Source of the DNA: Auanema rhodensis | Lineage: Eukaryota > Animalia > Nematoda | Assembly (NCBI GenBank): GCA_964057225.1 | Contig: OZ059895.1 | Span: 8,990,001 to 9,054,000 of the forward strand | Direction: 5' to 3' | Length of the DNA stretch: 64,000 bases | Shown: piece by piece, positions 16,352-30,866 of the stretch | Layout: the number at the start of each line of letters is the position of its first letter | Position numbering within the stretch: the first letter of the stretch is position 1 | Position numbers and translations under genes: made by a program | The notes under the pieces: model-generated | Databases searched by the model: none | The model's input: only the letters and a program-made list of their open reading frames with translations | What the model was told of the DNA's origin: nothing

Positions 16352-19300
16352 TTAATTGCGATGAAACCTTAAATGCAGATACCGCTTATAATTACAAATA
16401 GAAATAAGCCTTACCTGGTGAATATCTTACTCTCCTCATGCACATCCATTTCTGTAGCTTTAAAATCATTCAATTCTTTTCTAATTAGTGCCTGAAAGAG
16501 TGAATTCAGTAACAATCCTTTACTAATTGTAAACCTTTTCAATAGGTGTTAGCCTCGTCCATGGCTTATCTCCTTTCCTATCATAAATTTCTGCTTGTGT
16601 CACTTCGACATAATCATTAAATTGAATAATCTGTTGTTCTTTCAATTGCGCAATGGTTGGACGGAAACTTAGCTATAAATAATCAAAAGATAAATAAAAT
16701 ATTTTCGAGACAAGATGCACTTTTCGCAGAATCAATTTCCGTTTTTCTTCCATGGTTTCACCATCATCTCCGCGTCTAAGTATATTGCGTTCTTCAAGTT
16801 CTTCAACAGTAGGCCTTTCGCTCAACTTTCTGAGAGAAAAATCATTATGTGAAGAAAACTAGTACTTTTGATATACCTGGCTAATTTGATGCTAGCTGTA
16901 TGCATTAATTGACGCCTATCATCAGGTGTTTGGCCTGATATATCATCTTTACAAGGAGGAACATCTAACCTTAATGCCAATGTATCTTTTCTGAATATTA
17001 AATACATCATATAACTCGAATAACATTAGATAAACAGGTACTAACCTATGTACTTTGGCTGCTAATCCAGACATGGGCACAACAGAATCCTCATCTTCTT
17101 CATCATCATCATCAGCAGCAGCAGCAGTAGCAGCAGCAGCAGTAACTCTAGTAGGTTTGGGAGAACTAATAAACCTTGGCTCATCATCGTCTCTATATTG
17201 AATAGGCCCATCACTGTCACTATCATCAGTCAGGTGAGTTGGTAGCCCATCGTCCCTATAAAACAAAAAATAAATAAATATTAAAAATTATAAACCTTGG
17301 AGTATCAGATTTGTTCTTTGACGGCTTTCTTCGCAATCTTATTCTGGACGGCTGTCCTGGCTTTTTGAGAACAGGACGTTCTGGTTGAGCATTTAAATCC
17401 GGCTCCTAACAAACAAACAAACTCAAGACCATATTATTAGAATTTATTACTTTAACTTGTATCCTATCATAACCTTCTAGAAGGAGATTTGAGGTTATGA
17501 CATTGTGTTCATCCATTCGTTCTTCTTCAGGAGCTTCTGCACTGTCATTGGATGTGGATTCACTATCAGAATCTATAATTGGTATAAGTGAAAAAGATGA
17601 AAGGTCGCAAATAATAGATATACCAGAGTCGTCTTCTTCCTCTGTAGTTTCAGGCAATCGTATATGACTAACAGTTGGTTTCTCTTCTAATCGTACTCTA
17701 ATTATTGTGACTTCCGCTGTTTTGCTGTAAAAAAATTGTCAAAGAAACTTGGAAAAAAGAACAAAGAAAGGAGCATACCCATCAGTAGTGGCAATGGGAG
17801 TGAAACTATCACTTAGAAGTCGACCTGAAAATAATATTGAACTAAAGACACTTTTCTAATAAGAAACGCAGATCATTCACGATGAAAATGTGAAACAGAC
17901 GACGTGGATAAACAAAGCTTGAATTGGATAGATAGTTTATCTATCGAGATAATTCTAAGAGCTACTATCGAGCTCATAAATATAAAGATCGGCTTTTAAC
18001 TCATTTTAACAAAAAAAAGTGGAACTTACGTTGCTCGAAAGGAATTGGCTGAGAGTCTTTTTCAAGAACTGAATGAATATCGGGTAGAGAAGGAGAAGCA
18101 GGACAAGCTATTCGCGTTGAAGATCGTGACGAGGATCTCGCACTGCTCGTTCTAGAGAAGACATCGTGAGAAAAAAAAGAAATGGGAAAGTGAGGAGAGT
18201 AATCAACTAATCGAACAAAGAAATAAAGGAGAAAATGCAACTGACCTTCGCACTTTTCGTCGTTGAAGCTTCCATTTCCATGGACGTACAAGGCGCAACC
18301 AGAATTTACTCGTTCTTAGATGAGCAGAATTAAAAGCAAATGTTCTTCTCCTACGAGAACTGAATAGGGAAATTTTCACTGCATTACAATAAGAACCTAC
18401 TCTTTACTCTTTCCAGAGTGATCGTCCGTAGTTGTAGCCCCTGTCATGCACTCGTCATTATTAGTAGTTACTACAACACCTGAACATACAATAATAATAA
18501 AAGTTAAGAAATAAACATAAGAACCAGAAGAAAAAGTAAAAGTTAATTGAGACATTACACACATCAAAAATGAAAACGATTTACATAAAATGATTTAACA
18601 TAAAAATGTCATTCGTTTTTTGTTTTTAAAAGATAAAAGCAATAGAAATGGAAGGCGTAAATGTAAAAATATATTTTTCTTCGACCAATTAGCTAATATT
18701 ACTGGATTATGGAGAAAATTCACAGTCATTTTGGCCAAGGGGCATGATTAATGGTCCCAGTGAGCATTATAAGAATGATTAATAAGTATTACTTTTGATT
18801 ATAAACCAAGCCAGTGTCAGTTTAGAATTGGAAAAGTGATTGACGTAAAAAGAAAAACTTTTAATCTTCTCGAAGGCATATTTTTGATGAAAAGGTTGGA
18901 ACGGCAAAAATAATATGTGCAGGAAAGTTTTGCAAATATTCAATGAACATAAAACGTTCTTAGGAAATAAAAACAATACTCTTTAAACAGAAAACATAGC
19001 ATGAATCGATCTAAGAAGCAAACTGTGTTGAAAATTAAATAAAACTATTAGCAAGAATAGAATAGCTGTATAACATGTAGAAAAGAGAAAGTGTCTAGAA
19101 CCTTAAGAGCTGAGAAGGCAAGAACTAAATCGAATTCGTAGGCTCCGAGCTCTTCGGGTAATTGAATACAAAGATAGGGGAGAAGAGCAAGAGCAATAAT
19201 TCGAAGTGGGGCAAGTGTTGTCTTCATGTGACCCAGAAGACACAAAGGCAGTGACAATCCAACTACACAATACAAAACTTATCAGTAAACATTTCTAAAG

Positions 19301-20063
19301 CTTTATATTAAAATGGGCAGATAAAGAGAATAATTGAAACAGATATAAGATAGATAAAACAAACACATACTTCAAGAAACATATGTAGATTCAAAAAATA
19401 CTGAATAGGTCTCTGTATATTTAACATAAACCGTTTCTTGACAACGATGGCAACTAGTATAAAAATTTTCATAGTCCTGCATAAAATTTATTCAAAGGAA
19501 ACTATCATTTCAAATAAAAGCAGATTGATTTCTTTGGCCAAACATACGAATTTTCAAAATAACTGTAATGTATCAACAACTGTAAAGAAAAGAACCCGAT
19601 AAGGTCTTGTAAAGGACGATTGTAAAGACGTCACTTTTGCCTTCTATAGATATCATTTAAAAATATTAATTGAAAAGAGAAACTGAAATAATGGTACTTG
19701 CTCAACACAGGAAGCTCATCTGTCGCGAATCTCAGCACAGCTTTACACACTGTTTACCCGAACACTCAATAACCAATGACACAACTGCGAGACTGAATGA
19801 TTCAGTCCAGACACAATAACTGTTGTAGAGAGCAGAAGATCTGCAAGCTAACCAGTACGATTGAAGCTAGAATCCACATCAGCACACAAATATATTAAAA
19901 GGGAGTTATTTATAGATATACAGGAACAAAAGAATTTAAAAAAAGAAATGTTGATTAAAATATAATCTGCATGGCAAACATAAGAAAATCACTAACCATC
20001 TTGTGAAACTGGAGCTAATATGGAACAGACGGCATCTTGATTTGTCAATGCATTTGCAGTCAT
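16352..20063 (-). CDS. Phosphatase and actin regulator (PHACTR, RPEL repeats)
   Basis: RPTVEELEERNIL and RPTIAQLKEQQII RPEL repeats; [42 protein letters not shown] PP1-binding end; 5' exon assignment (ATG 20063 after a TTTTCAG acceptor) less certain. Confidence 0.88.
17091..17142. repeat. Coding (TCA)n/(GCA)n trinucleotide tract encoding poly-Ala then poly-Asp/Glu in PHACTR
   Basis: tcatcttcttcatcatcatcatcagcagcagcagcagtagcagcagcagcag. Confidence 0.85.
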
Positions 20064-20277
20064 TCGCTATTCTGAAAAAAATTTATTTTCAAGCTTAGAA
20101 AGGACACATTTGGAATAAATTGCGATGTAAGTAAGATAATGATCATAAATGTACAAATTTTACAAACGTATTCTACAGTATTACAAGGTTAATAATAAAC
20201 AGTGCTAAATAACTGCCATAAGGAATATTAAATATAACTGTGAATGATTTGATTATTGCAAAAAGAGAAATGATTTT

Positions 20278-20990
20278 TTAAGAATACAAATTATGCTCGG
20301 AAATATAGGCGATAACCCGATCGGGTGTCGCATATTTTATAGACCGTTTTTCAGCAATAGCTTTCCTGAGGCGCGTGGAACTAACGTTACATGGACATGC
20401 TTCATCAGTAACAATCTATATTTTTTTTTCATATAAATCTAAAATAGAGAACAAACCTCAATTCTGTCACATATGTCTTCAAGAATTGGCATAGCTTTTA
20501 AAGTTTTTATTGGATCTGTACTTTCACGTGCAATAACAATTAAACCATAATCCAGAACTATTTTTCTGACGTCTTCCGGGTTCCATAGATTTTCGCCATT
20601 CGGTAAAATTTTATCGAAAGTCTCAACGACATCTCCACCAACCACTAATGCCATATTTAAATTGTCCTCGCCCAATCCCCGTAGCCGAGTACGATGATAG
20701 GAAAGTACATCAAGTGTTCGGGTCCATGATGTTTGTGAACATTCCCAACCATCCGTTTTGATCCAGTGAGAGTCTGTCGTAGCGGCTTTCAACATAGCTA
20801 ACCTATGAAAAGCTTTCACCAAATGGGGTTTTCCATAACTATCAGCAACAGGGCTCATAATTCCCAAAGAAACGTCTATATTTTTTTTATGCAAATGATC
20901 CCTAGCCACCTCCAGCATTCGTAGATGCATAATTGTGGGTGGATTGAATGAGCCACAAACAAGTAGACCAACCGACGGTTTAGCATGCAT
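20278..20990 (-). CDS. nmat-1: Nicotinamide/nicotinate mononucleotide adenylyltransferase, 2 exons
   Basis: CGSFNPPTIMHL, SPVADSYGK, WTRT, VSSTRLR, IKYATPDRVIAYI. Confidence 0.93.
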
Positions 20991-21415
20991 ACCTGTTATA
21001 CTTTAAATAAATCAGTTCTCACAATCAAAATATATAAAAAATTACATTTTAATATAAGAAAATTTGAATTCAATTAAAAATAATATGAAAAATTTGTATA
21101 AAAGTTGAATTCAAATTTTATGGAACGGGTCTTGTAGCGAAATCCCTGAGAGTGAGGTAGTGCTCGGCGTGTAATATTCTACAAACAGCTCGGTCATGCC
21201 CAGATACGCAGGGAAAGTGGACGAGATACATGCGTCATCAACAAATTCTGTAGCAATTTTTACTTATAATTTAAAATTAATATATTTGAATTTGCAATTT
21301 TATTAATACTATGATGACCCATAAATGTATTGCCATTGATATATTGATTATATAAGCTTTTAAAAACTTACTTTTTATCGATTTTTCATTGCTAGTTTAA
21401 ATTTCAGTAAGTAAG

Positions 21416-22390
<975 letters not shown>

Positions 22391-23068
22391 AATCTACTAT
22401 GTCATATTTATCTAACGGCCGAGATTTCTGCACATCTGTCTCGTCTTTTTCACCAGGTTAACCAATAACTTTCCTATTCAGCATGTTTTTCATGTACATC
22501 TAGTTTGCGGCCAGTAACCGCTTTTCATTCCTTCCTAATTTATTTTTTCATTCAATAGCACTTGAGCCTCTCTATCTTGATGCCTGTACAGAACGCTTTG
22601 AGAGGGAATTTTTTCTCCTAATCATTTTGAGAAGTTGTATAAGAATCTGTATTGTTTCACATTTTTTATTTATAGAGTCTTATTTTGCAATGATTATCTA
22701 TTCAGTCTGCTTAATATTCTCGTCAATGGTTTCGGTCAACTTTTGTGATTGCGTGTTTTTTTTAACGTCAAATAAAAATTTAAAGCAGTTATTGAAAAAA
22801 AAAGTCTTTACATTGGTTAGTTACCAAACAAAATACTTATTTGAGACGTTTTATATTTTCGAGAAAAGTTTCAATTTAAGGAGGTGAAACAACCTGAAGA
22901 AAATAGGAACTATGCAGCTTATAAGAAAATGTGTTATGATGATTTCTGAATTCGTTGTAGTAAATATTTGAGTTTTTTCAAACGATTTTGTTTTGACAAG
23001 TTTATAACTAGCGTAGTATTTGCCACACTTCCCTGCCAGAATCTTTTATCGTCCTGTCTTTGCATCAG

Positions 23069-24226
23069 ATGTCAAACTCATCGGGTAGTGCTCGTGTTCC
23101 CAGAGCTGGGTCAAATATGAGGTTTTCTATGGTTTTACCAAGGTCCAGAAGATCAGCATCTAATGATTTGATGTTTCGAACTTCACCTGGGCCAGATCAA
23201 ACCATACCGGATACTCCACCTACAGATGGAATGTATCCCCCAGTAGCACTTTTTAGAGTTGCTAGGCCTGAAGGCAGAACAGCCCAGCCTGGAAATTGTA
23301 AGTCGAAGAAGTAAAAAAATTCAATTTTTGTTTCTTACTGTAGATAGATTAGGAGAACAAGGTGTGATAACTAGTGGGCGGGTGATACCCGTCTCCTCCC
23401 ATTTATCCTCACAAAATCCACATCCATCACAAATTACGTCTTCTTCTTCACAACCAAATCAAGTTTCTGTAGGTTACGATCAAGGTTCTCAAGGAACCAT
23501 ATATATTCAGGTGAGAAGAATAATCAGAAGAAAAGAGCGTGCGCCACCCCCTGTGCGAAGTAATATAGCAGCTGCTCGATTGTTAAAAGAAGCACAACAA
23601 ATTGGAAAAACCGCTCCTCCTGGTTGTTATGCTGCTCCTAAGGTATCATTTTTTCCTTAGCGAAAAATAGAATTAATTCCATATTAAATGTAATTATTCT
23701 TTACTATTATAAAAAAATTAAGTCTGATGATTTGTTTGAATGGGCTGCTGTAATTGAAGGACCTTGCGATACTGTATATGCCGGGGGAGTTTTTTTCTGT
23801 AATATTTCTGTTCAAGAAGGATATCCTTTTCATCCTCCTAAAGTGAGCAATTTACATTTGAAATTAAGTTTTATAAAAAACTTCAGATTGTTTTCCTGAC
23901 TAGAATTTATCATTGTAATATTAATACTAAAGGAGAGGTAATTTTAATTTTAAAATTCAGTTTTCATTTTCTTATCCATTTCTTAGGTTTGTGTAGATAT
24001 CTTACGAGAAAAATGGAAATCAACTATGACTATATCCACAGTTCTACAATCAATACTGTCACTTATGTATCAGTGTAATCCTGGTAATTCATGCCAATTT
24101 TGAATTGTTTTAAAAGCGTAATTTACAGACGATCCTTTAGTTACTTCAATAGGTAGTCAGTACAAAGAAGATCGAGAACAATTCGAGAAGACAGCTCGTA
24201 TTTGGACCACTCGATATGCCACATAA
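23069..24226 (+). CDS. Ubiquitin-conjugating E2 (UBE2E/UbcD2-like) with long N-terminal extension; positional counterpart of uev-3
   Basis: [14 protein letters not shown]|[28 protein letters not shown]|[17 protein letters not shown]|[12 protein letters not shown]|[15 protein letters not shown]. Confidence 0.9.
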
Positions 24227-24703
24227 CATTTCGACGTACATTATTCATTTTCAATTGTTAAACTTGGTGCAGAAATATTGAAAGCTCAAGTTAGTATAAG
24301 TAACTCCCAACATGACAGTTTTCGGGTTGATCCCACCTGTCTTTAATATTAAATTTCTCAAATTCCTGTTATTTTTTGTTCGAGATTGAGATGAATTCTT
24401 TCATAAAAGGCTATCAAAATTATTAATCACCCGAACTAGATCAAAATCATGTTATTTAAAATTACTGTTTTCTGAGGAGAACCTTGTTTTCAATTGAAAC
24501 TGTTTTGTATTCATATTTTCAGATTGTGATAGATCTTGACTTGGGTTAACCTAATACATAGTGATTTTCTTATTATAAAATTATATTTATCATTTATGTT
24601 TTATAAGTTTATATGGAAATTGATTGATTATGCAACTAGAATGTGATTTGCTCTCAAGATAGCTGTTTGAATATTTTATTTATATGTAGTTAGCACCATT
24701 AAT

Positions 24704-25044
24704 TGACCTTTCACAGTGCGAACAAAGTCAATCTGAAATGTGCATCTAGTTTCAATATAAGCAGTACTTACAGAGAAAATAGAGAAGTAATTTGGTAGCA
24801 CGTACATAAAGATAATATGAGCTGAGAGCTAGTACCTTAACCGGGCTAGAGGTTTGTGTATTCAAAAGATGAACACAGAAGCATAAGTATCCGCTTCTTC
24901 TTTTTGAACAAGGTCAAGACAAATATGACCCGGAAAGTAATAAGTAGGTGGGAGAACCAAACTAAATCTGTATTGAACCGGAAAGGCATTTGAACAGAGA
25001 AAGAGGAGGAGACGGTAAAGGTCAACTAGAGTTCAGTAAGGTCA
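24704..25044. promoter_or_regulatory. Cluster of nuclear-receptor AGGTCA half-sites upstream of the LRP-like gene
   Basis: TGACCT 24704, AGGTCA 24911, 25019 and 25039, AGTTCA 25030. Confidence 0.45.
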
Positions 25045-25226
25045 AAGTAGAGCTTTACCTTGTTTGGCATTCTTACTGTGCTCAAGCATGCTGAGTAGCT
25101 GTGCGTACTTTTGTTAGATCCCCTTCATATTTTTGGATAGACAAAGTCTGTTTTTTCTGACTAAAAATCTACATACTTCATATTCTTCAAATACAAAGTT
25201 TGATAAATCACTAATTTATGTTAACC

Positions 25227-28195
25227 ATGCTTTCAAATATATTTTTGAGCGGTGAGTAAATTCCATAAATTATAGGAAAATATAATCTTTTATAATTTAG
25301 GTTTTCTGTTATTTTCTATGTTTTCAACTAGTTATGGAATAAGTTGTGATTTATTTGAAGAAGCCACTACATTACACTGTATATCACCTTTAGTGGAATA
25401 TGCTGATCTGGCTTATAGAACTCTTCATCCACCACTTAGTTCTATAGATAATCTTTGTCTACGATATGAAAAATATTTAATATGTACTGCTGGTGTACGA
25501 GTTGAATGCCGGTATGATTTGATATGTGAGCATATTTGTTTCTTAAAAACTAAGTTTTATAGAAGATCTCGAGCATCAAATGTAGAAAAAATGTATGAAA
25601 TGATGTGCGAAGAGAAATATCTAAGTATTGTTCGAGAAGAACATGAATGTTTAATGGATTTAGAAACGTATGTTTCTTTTATTATTTTAAAAATAATTTC
25701 TTAAATATATATTTGAAGTGATGATACATTAAAAGAATGTTTTGTAAATCGTACAAATATACTTCGAGATGAAGAAATGGAACCAGGTAAAGACTTTTAA
25801 TTTAAATATTTTGTGATAATAATCATAAATTGAAGCATCAAGTCCTAAATACAGTTATGAATGTAGTGTGATTCAAGCATATGTTGATTGTTTATTAGAA
25901 AGAGATACAAATCATTGTTCGGATGCTGTTAAAGTAAGCATATTTATATATTTCAAATGAATTATTAATAAACAATAATATTATTAGATTGAAGTATCAC
26001 TTCTCTCTCAAATGGCTACAAGAGATGGAACAGAATGCCAATTAATTACAGATGGAAGCCGATCAAGACCAAAAGGTAATTTCATTAACTATAAAATATA
26101 TAATAAACATAAATATCATATATCATTGTTAAATAAACTATTAGTATTAGTTACTACATTTGTTTATGAATGTTTGAATTAGTCATACACACAAAAGGAA
26201 AATTTAAAGTTTTTGAATAAATTAAATTATTTGTCTTCAAATAACGAAGAAATAACCATTTTTATAGCTTTGTATATATTCTATTTAAAAAAAATTAAAG
26301 TTAAAAGAAGAAAATTAAAATCTATTTATAATATTTCTTTTTATTTGATTAAAATAAAGTTAAATTGAGCTTAATTATAATATTATGTGGTTTAGTTGAA
26401 CCATTGGAGGTATGTGACAAACAAGATAATTGTGTTTGTCGTCTGCCTGGATATGTATATGATGCTTCAATTGCTAAATGTGTTGGTATGTAAAATATTA
26501 TTATTTATATTTAACTATATAAATTATTATTTAGATATTAATGAATGTGATTCACCATCTAATGGATGTTCTCAGTTATGTACCAATTTACCTGGCACAT
26601 ATGAATGTTTATGTGATCAAAAATTCTTCCATTTATCTTCTGATAATAAAACTTGTAATCGAAATGATGGAGGTATATAACTTTTATTTCTTTTTTAAAA
26701 TTAAAATTATTATTTCAATAGATCCTTTATGGCTTTTCTTTGCTCATGGCCAATCTGTTTGGAATATCTCTTCGGACGGAAAAACATTCCAACTTCAACG
26801 TGCTGGTTTACAGAAAACTGCTATGCTAGATATAGATGTTTTAGTGAGTACAAATTCCTATTTGACTTTTGTTTTTCAAATAAAATTTTTTTTTAGGAAA
26901 AACGTATTTATTACGCGGATATTGGAGCTAATGCGATTGAGCGTATGAATATGGAGGGGACTTTCCCTCAGGTTATTCAAAGAATGGAAGTAGATGGAGT
27001 AGAAGGAATTGCAGTTGATTGGATGGGTCGTAATCTATATTCACTTAGAAGGTATAATTTTAATTATTTAATATAATTATATTATTTATATTATTTTTAG
27101 AAATGATATACTTGTACAAACACTTGATGGTAGATATAGAAAATCTGTATACCATGGAGTTATGAAACTTCCTCGAGCTATTGCTTTACATCCTCAATTT
27201 GGGTATTAATCTTATAACAAAATACTATTATTAAAGGTTATTTTAGAAAAATGTTTGTTTCGGATTGGTCATCAACTGCATTCATTGCTGCTGCCAATAT
27301 GGATGGAACTTCATTCAAAAAAATAGTTACTGAACGAATTACATGGCCTAATGCTCTTACTGTTGACATATATGCTGACAAACTTTACTGGGCAGATGCA
27401 TTTTTAGATGTTATTGAGTAATATATACATATAAGATACTAATTTTATATATGATTTCATTTGTTAGAGTTGCTAATCTTGATGGAAGTGGACGAAGAGT
27501 TATACTATCTGATACTGGATCAATTCCTCACATATTTGGTATGGCTGTTGCTGATGATCATCTATATTGGACGGATTGGACTTACAGGTATTTGATGTCA
27601 TGTATAACCGTTTTCTCATTTTGTTTTGTATTTCAGAGGACTTCTGCGTGCTCATAAAATTACTGGAGATAATATCACAGTCTTAGCTCAGACAGCTCTG
27701 TTACCGTATTCCTTAAAAGTATTCCATCCAAGTATCCAGCCAGCTGAGCCTACGGCATGTGCTTCTCGTGGTTGCTCACAGCTGTGTCTTCTCGGGCCGA
27801 ATGATTCAGCCACATGCTCTTGTGGAGATGGTTTTGAAATCACAGAAGATGGAAAAACTTGTATTTCAAATTGTTCTTCTGCCCAAATTGAATGTGGTGG
27901 ATCTGATCCAAAATGCATTTCAAAATTGTATTTATGTGATGGCATTGCTCATTGTTCAAATCATGCAGACGAGGCTCGATGTCGTAAGTTTATTGAAAAA
28001 TTTAATTTTTTCAATTTTATGAATAATTAATTTAATTTTTCAGCTCCAAGAATATGCTTACCTGGACAATTCCAATGTCACGACAATAAAACTTGTGTTT
28101 CTCCTGGCGGATTATGTGATGGAACAGCTGATTGTGCAGATTCATCAGATGAAATCTATTGTGAACAAAAAATTCATTTAATTCATACGTCTTAG
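25227..28195 (+). CDS. Secreted LDL-receptor-related protein: signal peptide, Cys-rich helical N-domain, EGF/cbEGF, YWTD propeller, EGF, 2x LDLa; no TM
   Basis: DINECDSPSNGCSQLCTNLPGTYEC; YYAD, IAVDWMGRNLY, FVSDW, LYWAD, LYWTDW; CDGIAHCSNHADEARC; CDGTADCADSSDEIYC then stop. Confidence 0.88.
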
Positions 28196-28622
28196 ATTTA
28201 CATTAATGATAATCTCAATAAGATTTCAATGTAAATTAATTAATTATTAAAATTGATTCACGAGGTTTTTATGCATTTTACTAATGAATTATCTCAAAGA
28301 AATTTGATCAATCATTATGAATTGTGTTAATTTATATGAAAACATTAGTATTTATTATATTTAAATTAATTTAATTAACTTATTTTTTTAAATTTAAATG
28401 TACAAATTAACTTATTTTTGTTTTGTTTTAATCAATTTATGTATATTGATGCATGTATCTCAAATAAACTGTATATACATATGCAACTATATTTATATTT
28501 TTTTAAAATTTAAATTAACAAACTTAAGAAAAAAATCTTTTTTTCTTTTAAAACTAAATATCTTTATAGTGCTGGATGTACTTTGATTACAATAGAAAAG
28601 CTTAAACTTCGGTTCTACTGTG

Positions 28623-28690
28623 CTTATCTCATAGAATCCACGTCATGAAACTTCTTATCAGCCTATTAATTTCCACATGGGCTTTATAAG
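28623..28690 (+). promoter_or_regulatory. GATA (TGATAA/AGATAA-type, reverse) sites plus TATA-like box, intestinal-type promoter
   Basis: CTTATCT 28623, CTTATCA 28654, TTTATAA ~28683, about 100-170 bp upstream of the aspartic protease ATG. Confidence 0.5.
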
Positions 28691-28789
28691 AATTAATTGG
28701 CTTGGTAGAATGGCTAATAGTTTTTCAAGTCTTTGCTTATTTTTAGTATAATTTTTAAATAATTTCTATTATAATCTTTATTATTAAGG

Positions 28790-30566
28790 ATGAAAGTTCT
28801 CATCATGCTTATGATGGCCGGCTTGGCCATGGCCGGTGTCCATCAAGTTTCATTGACAAAAATTACCTCAATGAAAGACAGAATGATGAAAGAAGGAACC
28901 TGGAAAGATTATTTAATTCAAAAGAACCGATTGCGTGCAACTCTTGTCCGTTCAGGAGCATCTGTTGTTCCAGAAAATGTATGATATGTATATTATAAGA
29001 ATTTAAAACATAATTTATAATGTTATTGCAAATATTTTTAACTGAAAATTATTTTATAGGTTAATGATTATGAAGATGAAGCTTATATTGGAAACATTAC
29101 TATTGGATCAAATCAGCAGACTTTCAAGGTAATTTCTAATTTTATTATGATAATAACCATGATAAGCATAGGTTATTCTTGATACTGGATCATCAAACTT
29201 GTGGGTTCCTGATAGTACTTGTGGAAAAGTCAAGGGAGATTGTTCTATAAAGAAGTGCCAAGCAAAAATCTGTGCTTTGGAATGCCCAGATCAATCTTGC
29301 TGTGGAGAAGGAGACAAGAACCCATGTGAAAAGAAGAACAAATTCGATTCCTCAGCTTCTTCTACCTATCAAGCTGACGGTCGTAAATTCATTATTCAGG
29401 TTTAATCTACAAAATGAGTTACTAATGATCATCCACTTATTGTAGTATGGAACTGGATCTGCTGTCGGATTCTTAGGTACTGACACTGTTCGTTTCGGAG
29501 ATAAGGGAACAAAGCAATTGGTTGTACCAGCTACCACCTTTGGACAATCTACTAGTTTGGCTCAATTCTTTGCTGATGTAAGTAATAATTTATATTAATT
29601 TTATTATTATAATTTATTATTTTATTAATCATTTTAGCAACCAATTGATGGTATTCTTGGACTTGCCTTCAAGAGTCTTGCTGTTGATGGAATCACACCA
29701 CCCTTCCTTCACGCTGTTGAGCAAGGTACTAGATCATATCAGATTTAGAATTGACTTTGATTTTATCGTTCAGGACTTGTTGACCAACCATTGTTCACTG
29801 TTTTCCTCGAGCATGTAGGAGCTAAAGACAATGTTTATGGAGGAGTTTACACCTACGGAGGTTTATTGTAACTTTGATTAAAAACTTTAATTTGAATTTT
29901 CAGGTATCGATACCACTAACTGTGGACCAGTTATTGCTTATCAAGCCTTGTCTTCTGCCACTTATTGGCAATTCAAGGTTTTTCTATTTTCTTTACATAT
30001 TTACTTTAATGAAACTATTTCAGATGGATGCTATTGGTGCTGGTAGCTACAAGAACAACAAGGGATGGCAAGTTATTTCCGATACTGGAACTTCCCTTAT
30101 CGGAGGACCAAAGGCTGTTGTTGGTGGTATTGCTAGCGCTGTCGGAGCTGTTGTACTGTTTAATATAGATAATATCTTAAAATTTATTTATTTATTTCAG
30201 TTCTCTTCTGATTATGATATGTATATGTTGCCATGTAATGCCCAAATTCCAAATGTTGATATTACTATTGGAGGAATCACCTACAGCGTATAAATTTAGA
30301 AATATTAGTTTATTAAATTATAAATAATTTCAGATTAACAGCAAAAACTCTATTGTTCCTGGAGATGATACTACGTGCTTCTTTGCTCTCTTCCCATACA
30401 GCAGTTTTGGATTCGGGCCATCTTGGATTCTCGGTGATCCATGGATCCGTCAATACTGCAACGTAAGTCTAATATCAATTAGCAGTTTCGTATATTTGTT
30501 TTAATTTAGGTTTATGATGTTGGAAAGACAAGAATTGGTTTTGCTGCTTCATTACAGAAGAACTAA
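28790..30566 (+). CDS. asp-2: Pepsin-like aspartic protease with Cys-rich insert
   Basis: Signal/propeptide; catalytic VILDTGSSNLWVP and VISDTGTSL; YGTGS flap; DGILGLAF; WILGDPW; Cys-rich insert CGKVKGDCSIKKCQAKICALECPDQSCC. Confidence 0.88.
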
Positions 30567-30866
30567 GAATTTTAATAAGAAAAATAGTATTGAAAATAAC
30601 TTTCAATGTATGAACTTATATAAAATATATAGTAAAGACAATAAATATTATATTAGTTTAATATTATTTTTTAAATAAGAAAAATAAGTAATTTATTTAA
30701 ATATAATTAACTATTATTAATTATTATAACTTAAAAAAATAAAAACTGAAAATACTTAAATGAATATCTAATGACGTGGATTTAATTTCTCATTTCTTTT
30801 TGTATTCAATCGGTCGAAATCATTTTTTGATTTTGAATTATAATTTAACAAATTGAAAAAAATTAA

